Below are positions 46,011-54,525 of a stretch of DNA of 64,000 nt, in pieces. The position numbers and the translations under genes were made by a program. The stretch covers positions 42,516 to 106,515 of the forward strand of contig CAYSYI010000001.1 in NCBI GenBank assembly GCA_964435395.1. The letters are read 5' to 3'. The first letter of the stretch is position 1; every line of letters begins with the position of its first letter. A model generated the notes under the pieces. It had not been told where the DNA came from, made no database searches, and saw only the letters and a list, made by a program, of their open reading frames with translations. The stretch comes from an uncultured Isosphaeraceae bacterium. Lineage in GTDB: Bacteria > Planctomycetota > Phycisphaerae > Phycisphaerales > SM1A02.

Positions 46011-46717
46011 CCCGCAGGCCCGCTCATCACAACAACACCATCTTTGTCCAATCGATAACTCAACGTTCCTCCGACGCTTGAGACAAGGTACTCTCCATCC
46101 ATTCTTGAAGCAACAAAGACAGAAGCGCCGCCTGTTCCGGAAGCGTGGGTTTTTCCAACACCCCGCTCCCAAGATGCGCAAGTAGCATATTGTTTTGCGT
46201 CTTTACGCGCAAAGTGGACATTCATTCCAGCAGGAAATGACTGATGTGTTGCTATTTTTTCCCCAAGTACTTCCCGAACTTCAAGTGGATCTTCATCTGT
46301 CCAATAGACTGCATTCGGATTTCCCATATTCACAAAAATGAGGTCTGGAAAATCTGAAATGAATGTATTTTCAATTGCTGGTTTACAGAGAGTAACTGAG
46401 ACTTCATTGCACTCTTCGCGAACTATGCAATGGCTAATTCCAGCAAGCGTTCGAATTGTCAATGCTGGATCATCAACTAATTTCATTCGCACAAGATGTA
46501 ATGCGACGCAACGCAAACCGTTTCCACACTGCTCTGCCTCACTTCCATCTGCATTAAACACACGCATATATGCATCTGCATGCTCATCCTCTTGCAGAAG
46601 CAGAAGGCCATCAGCACCTTGTAGATTATTCAGCGCATTCTCTGGGAGAGTATTTCCAAAATGCAATAAAAATTGATTTGAGGCACCATGCATTCGTACA
46701 TCTTGCAACAAACTCAT
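46001..46717 (-). CDS. dapF: diaminopimelate epimerase-like protein with the second catalytic Cys replaced by Ser
   Basis: MHGASNQF, FNADGSEAEQCGNGLRC (first Cys present) and NMGNPNAV motifs. WERGVGKTHASGTGG occupies the place of the family's ERGxGxTxACG(S/T)G. Confidence 0.7.
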   Translation of the reverse strand: MSLLQDVRMHGASNQFLLHFGNTLPENALNNLQGADGLLLLQEDEHADAYMRVFNADGSEAEQCGNGLRCVALHLVRMKLVDDPALTIRTLAGISHCIVREECNEVSVTLCKPAIENTFISDFPDLIFVNMGNPNAVYWTDEDPLEVREVLGEKIATHQSFPAGMNVHFARKDAKQYATCASWERGVGKTHASGTGGASVFVASRMDGEYLVSSVGGTLSYRLDKDGVVVMSGPAGYV

Positions 46718-47934
46718 ACGATGAATCCTAACACAAGAGATAGAATGATTCCAATTTTAACGAATCGTACCGTTCGATTAATTGGGACTTTCTTAATTGG
46801 GCATCCAACCAACTGCTCTAGATACTCTTGGCGAGTCTGAATTGAGCCATGCAATGGATCATCGCGATCTAGATTGATGTTTTGTGAAAATGCCAATGCT
46901 TGAAGTGAGGAAGACATGTTTTTTGCTGCTTGCTCGGTCACCGTAGAACTCCCTTCCGATTTGGATTGATCAAATGCAGAGAACGCATCCGCCTGTCTTT
47001 CAAATATTCTTGACACTACACCAAACAAGGACAACATAATGACCAATTGAAAAAATTGTACGTAGGGAGATTCAGGATTGAGATGCAAGAGACCAATACA
47101 ATAATTAGACCAAATCAATGCGCTAAACGTCGCGAGTAATAGAAACGATAAGTGCCAATACTTATGATGGGCAAACTCATGCCTTGCAACTGCAAGCAGT
47201 TCTTCTCGAGTCAAATTATCAATGAGCTTGTCCGTGAGGATAATTGTTTTCCGCCGAAAAAGAGCTCCAACCGCAAACGCATTCATCAGACGACCGTGGG
47301 TATCCCACACTAGAACATTTGGATGTCGAACACCAGCTCTCTCCCCTAGGTCTCGTACTTGGCGCAACAAAACTGTGTCTTTCATTGTTCTCGCTGACAA
47401 GATAAGTCGGATATAGAGTGGCGAAAATAGAATAATCAACACAAAACCTACGATTTCTGCAATTTCCAAGTAGGTTTCACCTCCGTAAAAAAACGCTACT
47501 TCTCTAATTCCTAAAAATCCTAACACGAGGATGAGCAATAACAATATCTCTAAACGAAGTTTGTGGAACATCCAAGCGAATCGATTCTTTATTGGAGATG
47601 TGAAATACCACAACAGAGAAAGCGATACAACAACGGGCAGAAGAATAAGCACTTCGTCAATGAGAATTTGGTCTCCGACAAAAGCTCGCACTAACCTTGA
47701 CCATGCAAAGACGAACAGTGCGATGCACCATGAAAACAGAATCACTACTGTCATACCTTCCACACCGAATTTCTTTTTTTGTAGGAATCGTGAAAGCAAA
47801 ATCGTGACAAGCGGAACAACACCTAACAAGAATGCGAGCCAAAGTCCGAAACCTGCTGGGTCAACATTTTTTGGCTGCATATGCTCAAAAAGCATCAAGC
47901 CTGCGATTAATACAAATGAAATTGGGCGAAACAT
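46714..47934 (-). CDS. M48-family (HtpX/Ste24-like) membrane metalloprotease
   Basis: Multiple TM segments, HEFAH zinc motif, 4-nt overlap with the dapF-like gene. Confidence 0.7.
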   Translation of the reverse strand: MFRPISFVLIAGLMLFEHMQPKNVDPAGFGLWLAFLLGVVPLVTILLSRFLQKKKFGVEGMTVVILFSWCIALFVFAWSRLVRAFVGDQILIDEVLILLPVVVSLSLLWYFTSPIKNRFAWMFHKLRLEILLLLILVLGFLGIREVAFFYGGETYLEIAEIVGFVLIILFSPLYIRLILSARTMKDTVLLRQVRDLGERAGVRHPNVLVWDTHGRLMNAFAVGALFRRKTIILTDKLIDNLTREELLAVARHEFAHHKYWHLSFLLLATFSALIWSNYCIGLLHLNPESPYVQFFQLVIMLSLFGVVSRIFERQADAFSAFDQSKSEGSSTVTEQAAKNMSSSLQALAFSQNINLDRDDPLHGSIQTRQEYLEQLVGCPIKKVPINRTVRFVKIGIILSLVLGFIV

Positions 47935-49355
47935 TAGTTGCGAACAATCGTCCCAAGATCAACAACTACTCCAGTATGTCGATAGTAGTCTACGTTCAAG
48001 GTACTTTCGTTCACAAATGTAAACACAAGGCAGTTTGCTCTTGTGTTCGTTGCGTAATTCTTATCACCCATGCCTGGCCCTGCGTGATCGCCATTGCGAT
48101 ATTTTTGGGCATGAAAATGAAAATGGAACAAGGCTGTATATGCTGCGTCAAACATTTCTTGAGATGCATTAAACCGTCGGTCATGATGGCGAATGCGCGG
48201 TTCAAACTCAAGTATCTCAAAGCGCCCTTTTTTGTCAAGAGCAATCACACCACCATATTCTGTCGTTGTATCTTCAAGGTCACGTTTTGCGTAATCAAAG
48301 ATGTGCGTTCGAACCTCTGGAACGTCGAGTGCTTCAAGTGCAATTTCTAAAGCAATTGCATCTCCCCAAGTCAGTTTAGACTTATACGTTGCGAGCATTT
48401 CTGCGCCATGTTGATAACTACCCCCACCGCCTTCACGCTCGAAATAATGTTTCTGACCTTGAGTAGCACTCTCAACGCTTCGAATAATTTCACTTGTTGA
48501 CCTTGAAAGTGCACCGGCATCACCATGTCTTTTCAAAGAAACAGCCATTGGAATATCGCGGATTTCAAGTTCGCTTCGTCGTTGTTCGCTTACTTCTGAA
48601 AGAGCGTCTATTGCTTCATTCCAAAAGGATTCATATTCCGGTTTCGCGAGTTCTCGAATCCATAAGATTTCTTCACGTCGCAGAGGAATTATTCCAAAAT
48701 CGTTCATCGCTTTTCTGAGGTCAAGAAGAAAGGCATCATCTTCTTCAACAAATTCACTATTTAATAACTGAACAATTCGTTCACTCTCCGCGAGTCGGTG
48801 CAACAATTCCCAACACCTGGTTCGATAGCCTTGTTTCCAAGTTGTATTTGACTCAACAAGTGAATCAAAAATGACATTCACAACTTCATCTTCGCCAACA
48901 AGACGAATGAGTGCTTTGTACTCTGGTCGATCCTCTTCATTTTCAACCATGAGCGTTGGTTTAGCCCAAGAACTTATCAGCGCTTCGTCGAGTTCTTCAA
49001 CCTGTTCGTCAGCTATCCATGAGCAAACTTCTGCTAGCCAACTCCAATTGTTTAATCTTGGGAGACGTTGTCGAATAATCCGAATGGTTCCTACTCGATC
49101 CGATGCCCATAGACGATCAAGAGCTTCCATTCGAGCATCATTTGTGTATCCAGGTGCCCATAACATTTGTTGTAACATTTCTTGGTAATGTTGATCCTCG
49201 ATACCTAGTTGCACATCAAGCAGTTCCATTGCTTGTGTGTGAACAGACGATGAGCGCCCAGTTTCACGAAGAACCTTGCTCGGGCTCTTCATAGTTTGAC
49301 CGCCACATCCAAGAATCAAGAGGCTGAAAATCAATAGGAGTACAGTTAGTTTCAT
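47934..49355 (-). CDS. lipoprotein of unknown function with a C-terminal His-cluster domain
   Basis: Lipobox LLILGCGG after MKLTVLLLIF (start trimmed from 49403). C-terminal FHFHFHAQKYRNGDHAGPGMGD. Its stop overlaps the M48 gene start. Confidence 0.55.
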   Translation of the reverse strand: MKLTVLLLIFSLLILGCGGQTMKSPSKVLRETGRSSSVHTQAMELLDVQLGIEDQHYQEMLQQMLWAPGYTNDARMEALDRLWASDRVGTIRIIRQRLPRLNNWSWLAEVCSWIADEQVEELDEALISSWAKPTLMVENEEDRPEYKALIRLVGEDEVVNVIFDSLVESNTTWKQGYRTRCWELLHRLAESERIVQLLNSEFVEEDDAFLLDLRKAMNDFGIIPLRREEILWIRELAKPEYESFWNEAIDALSEVSEQRRSELEIRDIPMAVSLKRHGDAGALSRSTSEIIRSVESATQGQKHYFEREGGGGSYQHGAEMLATYKSKLTWGDAIALEIALEALDVPEVRTHIFDYAKRDLEDTTTEYGGVIALDKKGRFEILEFEPRIRHHDRRFNASQEMFDAAYTALFHFHFHAQKYRNGDHAGPGMGDKNYATNTRANCLVFTFVNESTLNVDYYRHTGVVVDLGTIVRN

Positions 49356-49411
49356 GAGCACAGTGTACAAGCACGAGCAGAGAAAACGACTTCCGCGTAC
49401 CATCTAGAGAT

Positions 49412-49669
49412 ATGAGTTCAAGTGAGAAGCAAAGTAAAGGTCCACTATTCGATGATGTCGCTGAAGTGATTCAACTTATCCGACCATCCATTCAAGCGGA
49501 TGGTGGAGATATTGAGTTGATTTCAGTAGATAGCGCCGGCGTTGTTTCGATAAAATTCCTCGGTGCCTGTATAGGGTGCCCTTCACTCGATATGACGCTT
49601 CAGGGTGGGATTGAAGCAACACTGAAAGATCGGATCAAGGGAATCAGCCTCGTAAAGGCTGTTGAATAG
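49412..49669 (+). CDS. NifU-like (Nfu) Fe-S cluster domain protein
   Basis: IQADGGDIELISV...FLGACIGCPSLDMTLQGGIE. Confidence 0.85.
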   Translation: MSSSEKQSKGPLFDDVAEVIQLIRPSIQADGGDIELISVDSAGVVSIKFLGACIGCPSLDMTLQGGIEATLKDRIKGISLVKAVE

Positions 49670-49825
49670 CCCAGCACACGCAACATATTGCTAATAAAGT
49701 GGTTGCGGGGCATTTTTCATAATCAACTGGATATTATTCAGCGTCTTTGCTACGATATGAGTTGGTGGTTCGCGCAGGCTGCGCGATATTTCTCAAAATG
49801 GAAGTGGCGACAGGAGGTTCGCATT

Positions 49826-50044
49826 ATGCTTGTAATTACACGAAGAGAAGGGGAAGAAGTCGTCATCGGAGACCCAGCAAACCCGCTAGGTGTTATTCGA
49901 ATCGCAACAATAAAGGGTGATCGCGTTAGAATTGCGCTCGATTTTCCACGAGAAGTCCCAGTTCATCGCAGGGAGGTCGCAGCTGAAATTGTGAAATCTG
50001 GCCCAGCCATCGCTGGAAAAATCCGCCCAGCATCTCAAGATTAA
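49826..50044 (+). CDS. csrA: carbon storage regulator CsrA
   Basis: MLVITRREGEEVVIGD...IRIATIKGDRVRIALDFPREVPVHRREV. AGGAGG RBS at ~49812. Start trimmed from 49688. Confidence 0.9.
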   Translation: MLVITRREGEEVVIGDPANPLGVIRIATIKGDRVRIALDFPREVPVHRREVAAEIVKSGPAIAGKIRPASQD

Positions 50045-50065
50045 TAACTTTTTACCCTTTATTTA

Positions 50066-50084
50066 CTCTGTGTACTACTCAGAG
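50066..50084 (+). repeat. hairpin element CTCTGTGTACTACTCAGAG (copy 2 of 2)
   Basis: About 22 nt after the csrA stop. Its 3' arm CAGAG can pair alternatively with CTCTG at ~50097, enclosing the loop GGAAGAGGATAT. Confidence 0.75.
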
Positions 50085-50120
50085 GGAAGAGGATATCTCT
50101 GGGGCATATGCCTAAGGCTT

Positions 50121-50157
50121 AAAAAAAAGGCTCGCGGCATGTGGTGGGTCATGCCGC
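50121..50157 (-). terminator. rho-independent terminator (minus strand), distal
   Basis: The minus strand reads GCGGCATG-acccacca-CATGCCGC-GAGCC-TTTTTTTT. Confidence 0.6.
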
Positions 50158-50200
50158 AAGCCAAGGGAAGGTAGTCGAACAAAGTTCGACCGACTTGAGG

Positions 50201-50232
50201 AAAAGCTCTCGACACGGGCACGAGTCGAGAGC
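50201..50232 (-). terminator. rho-independent terminator (minus strand), proximal
   Basis: The minus strand reads GCTCTCGAC-tcgtgcccgt-GTCGAGAGC-TTTT, about 10 nt after the stop of the small ORF following mraZ. Confidence 0.65.
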
Positions 50233-50241
50233 CAAGTTTGA

Positions 50242-50415
50242 TTAGTACCTTACGTCCGTGCAGGTACTTTCAAGTGAAAGAGTCGTCCTTGACTCATGCT
50301 GTGCAGCAGGTGCTGCAAGTATTTCAAAGAAGGTCGAAGCGTCATCCGTGGCGCTACTTCCCTCGAGTACTGAGCGTCCCTGCTCAGCAATAGAAATCGA
50401 TGTAGTGCGACTCAT
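50242..50415 (-). CDS. candidate 57-aa protein translationally coupled to mraZ
   Basis: Its ATG overlaps the mraZ stop (ATGA). MSRTTSISIAEQGRSVLEGSSATDDASTFFEILAAPAAQHESRTTLSLESTCTDVRY. A strong terminator follows. No homology recognised. Confidence 0.3.
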   Translation of the reverse strand: MSRTTSISIAEQGRSVLEGSSATDDASTFFEILAAPAAQHESRTTLSLESTCTDVRY

Positions 50416-50867
50416 GACTGCCCTCCGGCCGAGCTCTTCTTTTTCCTTGCTCGTTTCATGATGTCGCGAAGTTTTGCAAGATTTTCCGCTCGTTTTGCGT
50501 TCCAAGTGACAAAATTGTGCACTTCCAAATGATCTCCTGCTCCCAGCACGAATGCTTGATCTGCTATTCCTGCAAGAGACAACAATGTATCGGGGAGACG
50601 AATTCGTCCCTGCTTGTCGAGTTCGATTCTTCTGGATTGCGAAAAAAGGATTTGTTCGAACTCCATGACGTCCTCGTCTGGAAGCAATGTCTGTTCGAGC
50701 GAACTCGCCTTCTTCTCGAAGGTATCTTCCGGTGAGAGCCAAATCGTATCGTTCGGGCCTGGCGAAGCATAAACAATTCCTGAGGAAAATCCTGCACGCA
50801 TCTCTGCTGGTAAAGAGATTCGCAACTTTTCGTCGATAGATCGTTCTGTTTCGCCTGTAAATAACAT
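50412..50867 (-). CDS. mraZ: transcriptional regulator MraZ
   Basis: MLFTGETERSIDEKLRISLPAEMR and ELDKQGRIRLPDTL form the duplicated SpoVT/AbrB-type MraZ halves. Confidence 0.9.
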   Translation of the reverse strand: MLFTGETERSIDEKLRISLPAEMRAGFSSGIVYASPGPNDTIWLSPEDTFEKKASSLEQTLLPDEDVMEFEQILFSQSRRIELDKQGRIRLPDTLLSLAGIADQAFVLGAGDHLEVHNFVTWNAKRAENLAKLRDIMKRARKKKSSAGGQS

Positions 50868-50899
50868 GGTGTGGGTTTTGGGTATTCATTACCAATCGT

Positions 50900-50924
50900 C
50901 CCCACAGTACCCCACCTTTCCCCA
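50900..50924 (-). promoter_or_regulatory. three direct TGGGG repeats at exact 10-nt phasing (MraZ-box-like operator), overlapping a candidate promoter
   Basis: The minus strand reads TTGCAAaaTGGGGaaaggTGGGGtactgTGGGGacgatt, 35-60 nt upstream of the mraZ ATG. TTGCAA-N17-TACTGT is a possible -35/-10 pair. Confidence 0.6.
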
Positions 50925-51052
50925 TTTTGCAACACTTTTGTAAAAAAAGGTGAAGACAAACATTCTCGGACGTTGCATTTCTTCTAATGTGTGGCATTCT
51001 AAGTACTGTTGGCACAACAAGTTCCAACGTTTTGTTATGGTGAAAAAAAAGA

Positions 51053-51607
51053 ATGCCTGACCCCTCCGTTAATCCACAAGTAATCCACAATGCATTGCGC
51101 TCTATTCCGCACGCCCTGTTTGTACTGACATGTCGCCATGATCAATATCGTGATGGCATCATTACGAAGTGGGTTCAACAGTGCAGTAGTGATCCACCAA
51201 TGCTCATTGTTGCAGTTACAAAAGGGAAAACAATTGAGCCGATGCTTCGGGATGCACGCGCTTTTGCACTTTGCATGGTGCAAGCAAACGATCGCGCTGC
51301 TCTACGGCTCTTTGGCGGAGACCATGAACTCGGTGAAGACCCATTTCTCACCCTCTCAACTGATGAGGCTGTTACGGGTATGCCAATTTTGAAACAATCA
51401 CTCGTGTGGTTCGATTGCAAACTTGAGGGGCATCTCTCACCAGACGCCGATTGCAGGTTATATCTAGGCCAAGTCGTTGCTGCACATATCTGCAAACCAA
51501 AACTACTCGTTGCACATCCCGGAGATGTTGTGGTGCCACCGACAACTCACAGGCGCCAATCTACAAGAGCGCGAGTAGTTCAAACTTCGAAAAAATATCA
51601 AAAGTAA
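51053..51607 (+). CDS. flavin reductase-like (FMN-binding split-barrel) protein
   Basis: LRSIPHALFVLTCRHD...GIITKWVQQCSSDPPMLIVAV...FALCMV pattern. Transcribed divergently from mraZ. Confidence 0.65.
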   Translation: MPDPSVNPQVIHNALRSIPHALFVLTCRHDQYRDGIITKWVQQCSSDPPMLIVAVTKGKTIEPMLRDARAFALCMVQANDRAALRLFGGDHELGEDPFLTLSTDEAVTGMPILKQSLVWFDCKLEGHLSPDADCRLYLGQVVAAHICKPKLLVAHPGDVVVPPTTHRRQSTRARVVQTSKKYQK

Positions 51608-51614
51608 CAAGCAC

Positions 51615-52667
51615 TTACACTAGTGCATGCAGTCGCATTTGGAGGGATTCAATAAAACGAGACGGTGTAACAAGTGAACGAACCGTCGCAACTCGATCTG
51701 CACACTCAATCTGAGAAGACGAGGTGCTACTCTCAAGATTTAGCATCCACCCACTCACTTCAATATCATCAGCTACCCACGCAATGTGTGGACCTACCGT
51801 TGAAATAGTTGATGCTGGGTGATTCTTCGATACTGCGAGTGGTGTTTCAACGCACGCAGCAGACAGAACATCTAACACATTTGTGGAACGATCAAATTGT
51901 GCTATTGAAGGACACCAAGCACAATGAGCTATGTGCACGACATCGACCTGACGAATTGATGGAGGGACATCATGAAATTTACTACGCAACCCATGTGTTT
52001 TCGCTGCATTCATGAGTATCGCACGGTCTCTATATCGAGGAGGAAGTACAAAATGCACCGAGGGGAGTATGGTGTTTAGACGAACTGCCATATCAATGAT
52101 GTTTTGCCAAGAACCAACATCACCAACAATACTTATAAGGAACTCCTCACCGCTCAATCCCAATGCTTCCTGAACGGTTGCCCGATTTGCTACAACTGCT
52201 GATGGCTCAACGCCGATGAGCGGCTCTGTTAACTGCGATGGCCGTACACCGGCTTCGATTGCAACAGCAACTGCACACATTGTCGTTGGTATGACAATGT
52301 GTTCGCTCGCACAAGGAGCCCACAAATCAATCTCATCAATCATTGCGTATACGTCATACTCTTGCGAGCATTTCTCGGTTGACCTCATCGCTTGCCATCC
52401 CCAAGCAAGTATCTTTTCTGGTCTTAACTGTTGCGTTTCTTTCAGAAAACGTAGCAACCTCTTATTCAATGTCTTTGATGCATCAAGAGATCCGCTAAGT
52501 GAACCAAGAACTGGAACGCCTTGATTTCGACACCAAGTTGCGTCGTCGCCAGTACCAAGAACGAGCACTCGATGCTCCTCTTGATGCAACTGATGTATTG
52601 CGAGTCGCATCAAACCAAAAAGTGATGTTGAAGTCGTAAAATGAGATGGCGAAAATACGTGCAACAT
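51615..52667 (-). CDS. hypothetical protein, possibly a degenerate GT-B glycosyltransferase fold
   Basis: 350-aa ORF and last gene of the ParA-like operon. MLHVFSPS...RVLVLGTG...LGLSGEEFLISIVGD...VHFVLP has the spacing of a GT4-like scaffold, but I saw no clear catalytic motif. Confidence 0.5.
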   Translation of the reverse strand: MLHVFSPSHFTTSTSLFGLMRLAIHQLHQEEHRVLVLGTGDDATWCRNQGVPVLGSLSGSLDASKTLNKRLLRFLKETQQLRPEKILAWGWQAMRSTEKCSQEYDVYAMIDEIDLWAPCASEHIVIPTTMCAVAVAIEAGVRPSQLTEPLIGVEPSAVVANRATVQEALGLSGEEFLISIVGDVGSWQNIIDMAVRLNTILPSVHFVLPPRYRDRAILMNAAKTHGLRSKFHDVPPSIRQVDVVHIAHCAWCPSIAQFDRSTNVLDVLSAACVETPLAVSKNHPASTISTVGPHIAWVADDIEVSGWMLNLESSTSSSQIECADRVATVRSLVTPSRFIESLQMRLHALV

Positions 52668-52676
52668 TCACATGCA

Positions 52677-53327
52677 CTACTTTCGGTCTAGATTCTCGCC
52701 CAATCGACCTGTCGTATGTGCGTAAAAGACTTTTGCTATGGAGTCAGCGAGTTTCAGCGAAAGTTCCTCTGCAAGTTCTCTAGCTTCTGAAGCAGTCGTT
52801 ACACGATTTGGACCTACATGCTGCATTCTTTCTGCCACAGTAAGTGATGCTGATTCGAGAGGGAACAGACGTTCTCTATTTTCCACATCAATAATTCGAA
52901 GATTGCAACTCGTTCGTGGATTCGCAGTCTGCCCATCACTTGTCAGGCCAAATGCCGTCATCTCAATATAAATAACAACAGTAGCGCCTACTGCTTTCCC
53001 AATTTCATCGACTGGCAATGGTTCATTGTATTTGTCGTTTGTCACGCTCACTCGCATGGCATCGCGGGGCGATATCATCGTTGTTAACAATTCCCGCCCG
53101 AGCAGTTCTTCTGTAATCTTATCTGCGATAACTCGACGAAGCCGAGTGGGATGCATTACGTTTCTCCGGTCGTCAACAAAGACTACCGTTGGAACATTCG
53201 GAAGTTCGAACAGTGCTTCCTGTTCTGGATCTGGAGATGTGACGTATGCGACGACGGCTGCAATATTGCATGAGCCAAGGACAACGCAAACACAACAAAT
53301 TATGAACAGCAAAAGAATGCGTTTCAT
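52677..53327 (-). CDS. lipoprotein of unknown function (paralog B)
   Basis: Lipobox VVLGSC. PTVVFVDDRRN...VDEIGKAVGATVVIYIEMTAFGL aligns by eye with the upstream paralog. Confidence 0.65.
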   Translation of the reverse strand: MKRILLLFIICCVCVVLGSCNIAAVVAYVTSPDPEQEALFELPNVPTVVFVDDRRNVMHPTRLRRVIADKITEELLGRELLTTMISPRDAMRVSVTNDKYNEPLPVDEIGKAVGATVVIYIEMTAFGLTSDGQTANPRTSCNLRIIDVENRERLFPLESASLTVAERMQHVGPNRVTTASEARELAEELSLKLADSIAKVFYAHTTGRLGENLDRK

Positions 53328-53998
53328 TGGTCAAGCTCCGGCCGATATCGATCTGGATGCTTTGGTTCTTCGTGAAAGTAAAATAACCATGCGGCGTTTT
53401 TTATAAACTCATGAAGTAATCCCTGCTGAATCGTCTCTTTACTTGCCTCTTCACGGCTTAACACAGAGGGGCGTCGAGGAAATTCAACCGCAATCTCGTA
53501 TGAGTCTGCGAAACCATCGTGTTCATAACTCCCTGCTTCAATAATTCCAATTGTTGCAGAACATCTCCCCTCCCAAAGCCACTGATTCCCTGGTGGAGTT
53601 AGAGAATAGTTTTGTAAGTCAATAAAAACAACGCGATCGACGTTCAGCGCCTTTGCAATTTCAGTCGAGGGCATTGCGGACCACTGTGGCGTTTCAAATT
53701 GCCAACGCGCCACAACATCCGGACGAACGACTTCTACATCCGGAACGTTCTTTGCAATTCTCGATGCTATCCCTCCTGCGATAGTAGTTGATACACCGGG
53801 GTGCTCATAATGAACTGCGAGATCAGTATCAATAACAACTGCCACTCGATGCCCCTCAAGGGAATACTCTGCTGGCTTCTCGATTAACATTTGATCTTCC
53901 ATCGCTTGTTTGCCAGCACCAATAAAGCCAAAGACAGAACAGCCTACGCCAGTTAGCGTGGCTACTGAAGCGAGTGAAATAAGAATGATTCGAATCAT
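53324..53998 (-). CDS. lipoprotein of unknown function (paralog A)
   Basis: Lipobox LTGVGC. HRVAVVIDTD...STEIAKALNVDRVVFIDLQNYSL. 4-nt overlaps with both neighbours. Confidence 0.65.
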   Translation of the reverse strand: MIRIILISLASVATLTGVGCSVFGFIGAGKQAMEDQMLIEKPAEYSLEGHRVAVVIDTDLAVHYEHPGVSTTIAGGIASRIAKNVPDVEVVRPDVVARWQFETPQWSAMPSTEIAKALNVDRVVFIDLQNYSLTPPGNQWLWEGRCSATIGIIEAGSYEHDGFADSYEIAVEFPRRPSVLSREEASKETIQQGLLHEFIKNAAWLFYFHEEPKHPDRYRPELDQ

Positions 53999-54525
53999 AA
54001 AACACCTTTGTGCAAAAGAATTTTAAATCCCCACGCTGCAAGCGCGAGCCCGATGAGAAGAAAAAATATTCTTGAAGGAGGAAATCGATAAAGCAACGGC
54101 TGAAAAGAATACCCTGTACATGCGGTGACACTTCCACCAATAAAAACTAAAAATGCAGCGAGAGCGAGGAGCATACCAAGTGGCTGCGTCATAAATGCCG
54201 TGGCAAACTCCCCACGAACTGTATGACTCCACGCCGTCGTCATCCCACACGTCGGGCAGGGAACATCTGCAGCGAGAATCCAGCCACACTGTGGGAGCCC
54301 AAGTTGCTGATGGGTGCCGAGACCTTTCCCTGAAGGTTGGAGCACAAAAGCAATTGACAGGAGAAACAAAGCTGCCAAAGCAACTCCAATCGCATGAATT
54401 CGTCGTCGTCTCTCTGATTTTACTGGGACACATATTTCAACTGTTTCTTTTTGTTCCTGCATCACGTGTACAGGATACCCGCCCTTTACCCACAGGGCTT
54501 GGTTTGTTAATTCAACGGCGTGCAA
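53995..54525 (-). CDS. DUF2752-family membrane protein
   Basis: LPQCGWILAADVPCPTCGMTTAWSH is the Cys-x-Cys ribbon typical of DUF2752. Flanked by TM helices. Confidence 0.7.
   Translation of the reverse strand: MHAVELTNQALWVKGGYPVHVMQEQKETVEICVPVKSERRRRIHAIGVALAALFLLSIAFVLQPSGKGLGTHQQLGLPQCGWILAADVPCPTCGMTTAWSHTVRGEFATAFMTQPLGMLLALAAFLVFIGGSVTACTGYSFQPLLYRFPPSRIFFLLIGLALAAWGFKILLHKGVL

Noticed and set aside
49688-49825. 46-codon N-terminal extension of csrA
   Set aside because: CsrA family proteins begin at MLV(I/L)TRR. An AGGAGG RBS precedes the internal ATG at 49826.
50242-51090. 282-aa ORF spanning the mraZ locus
   Set aside because: It overlaps mraZ in another frame, whereas the mraZ frame has unmistakable family motifs. 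Only its last 57 codons (50242-50415), after the mraZ stop, are kept, as a low-confidence candidate.
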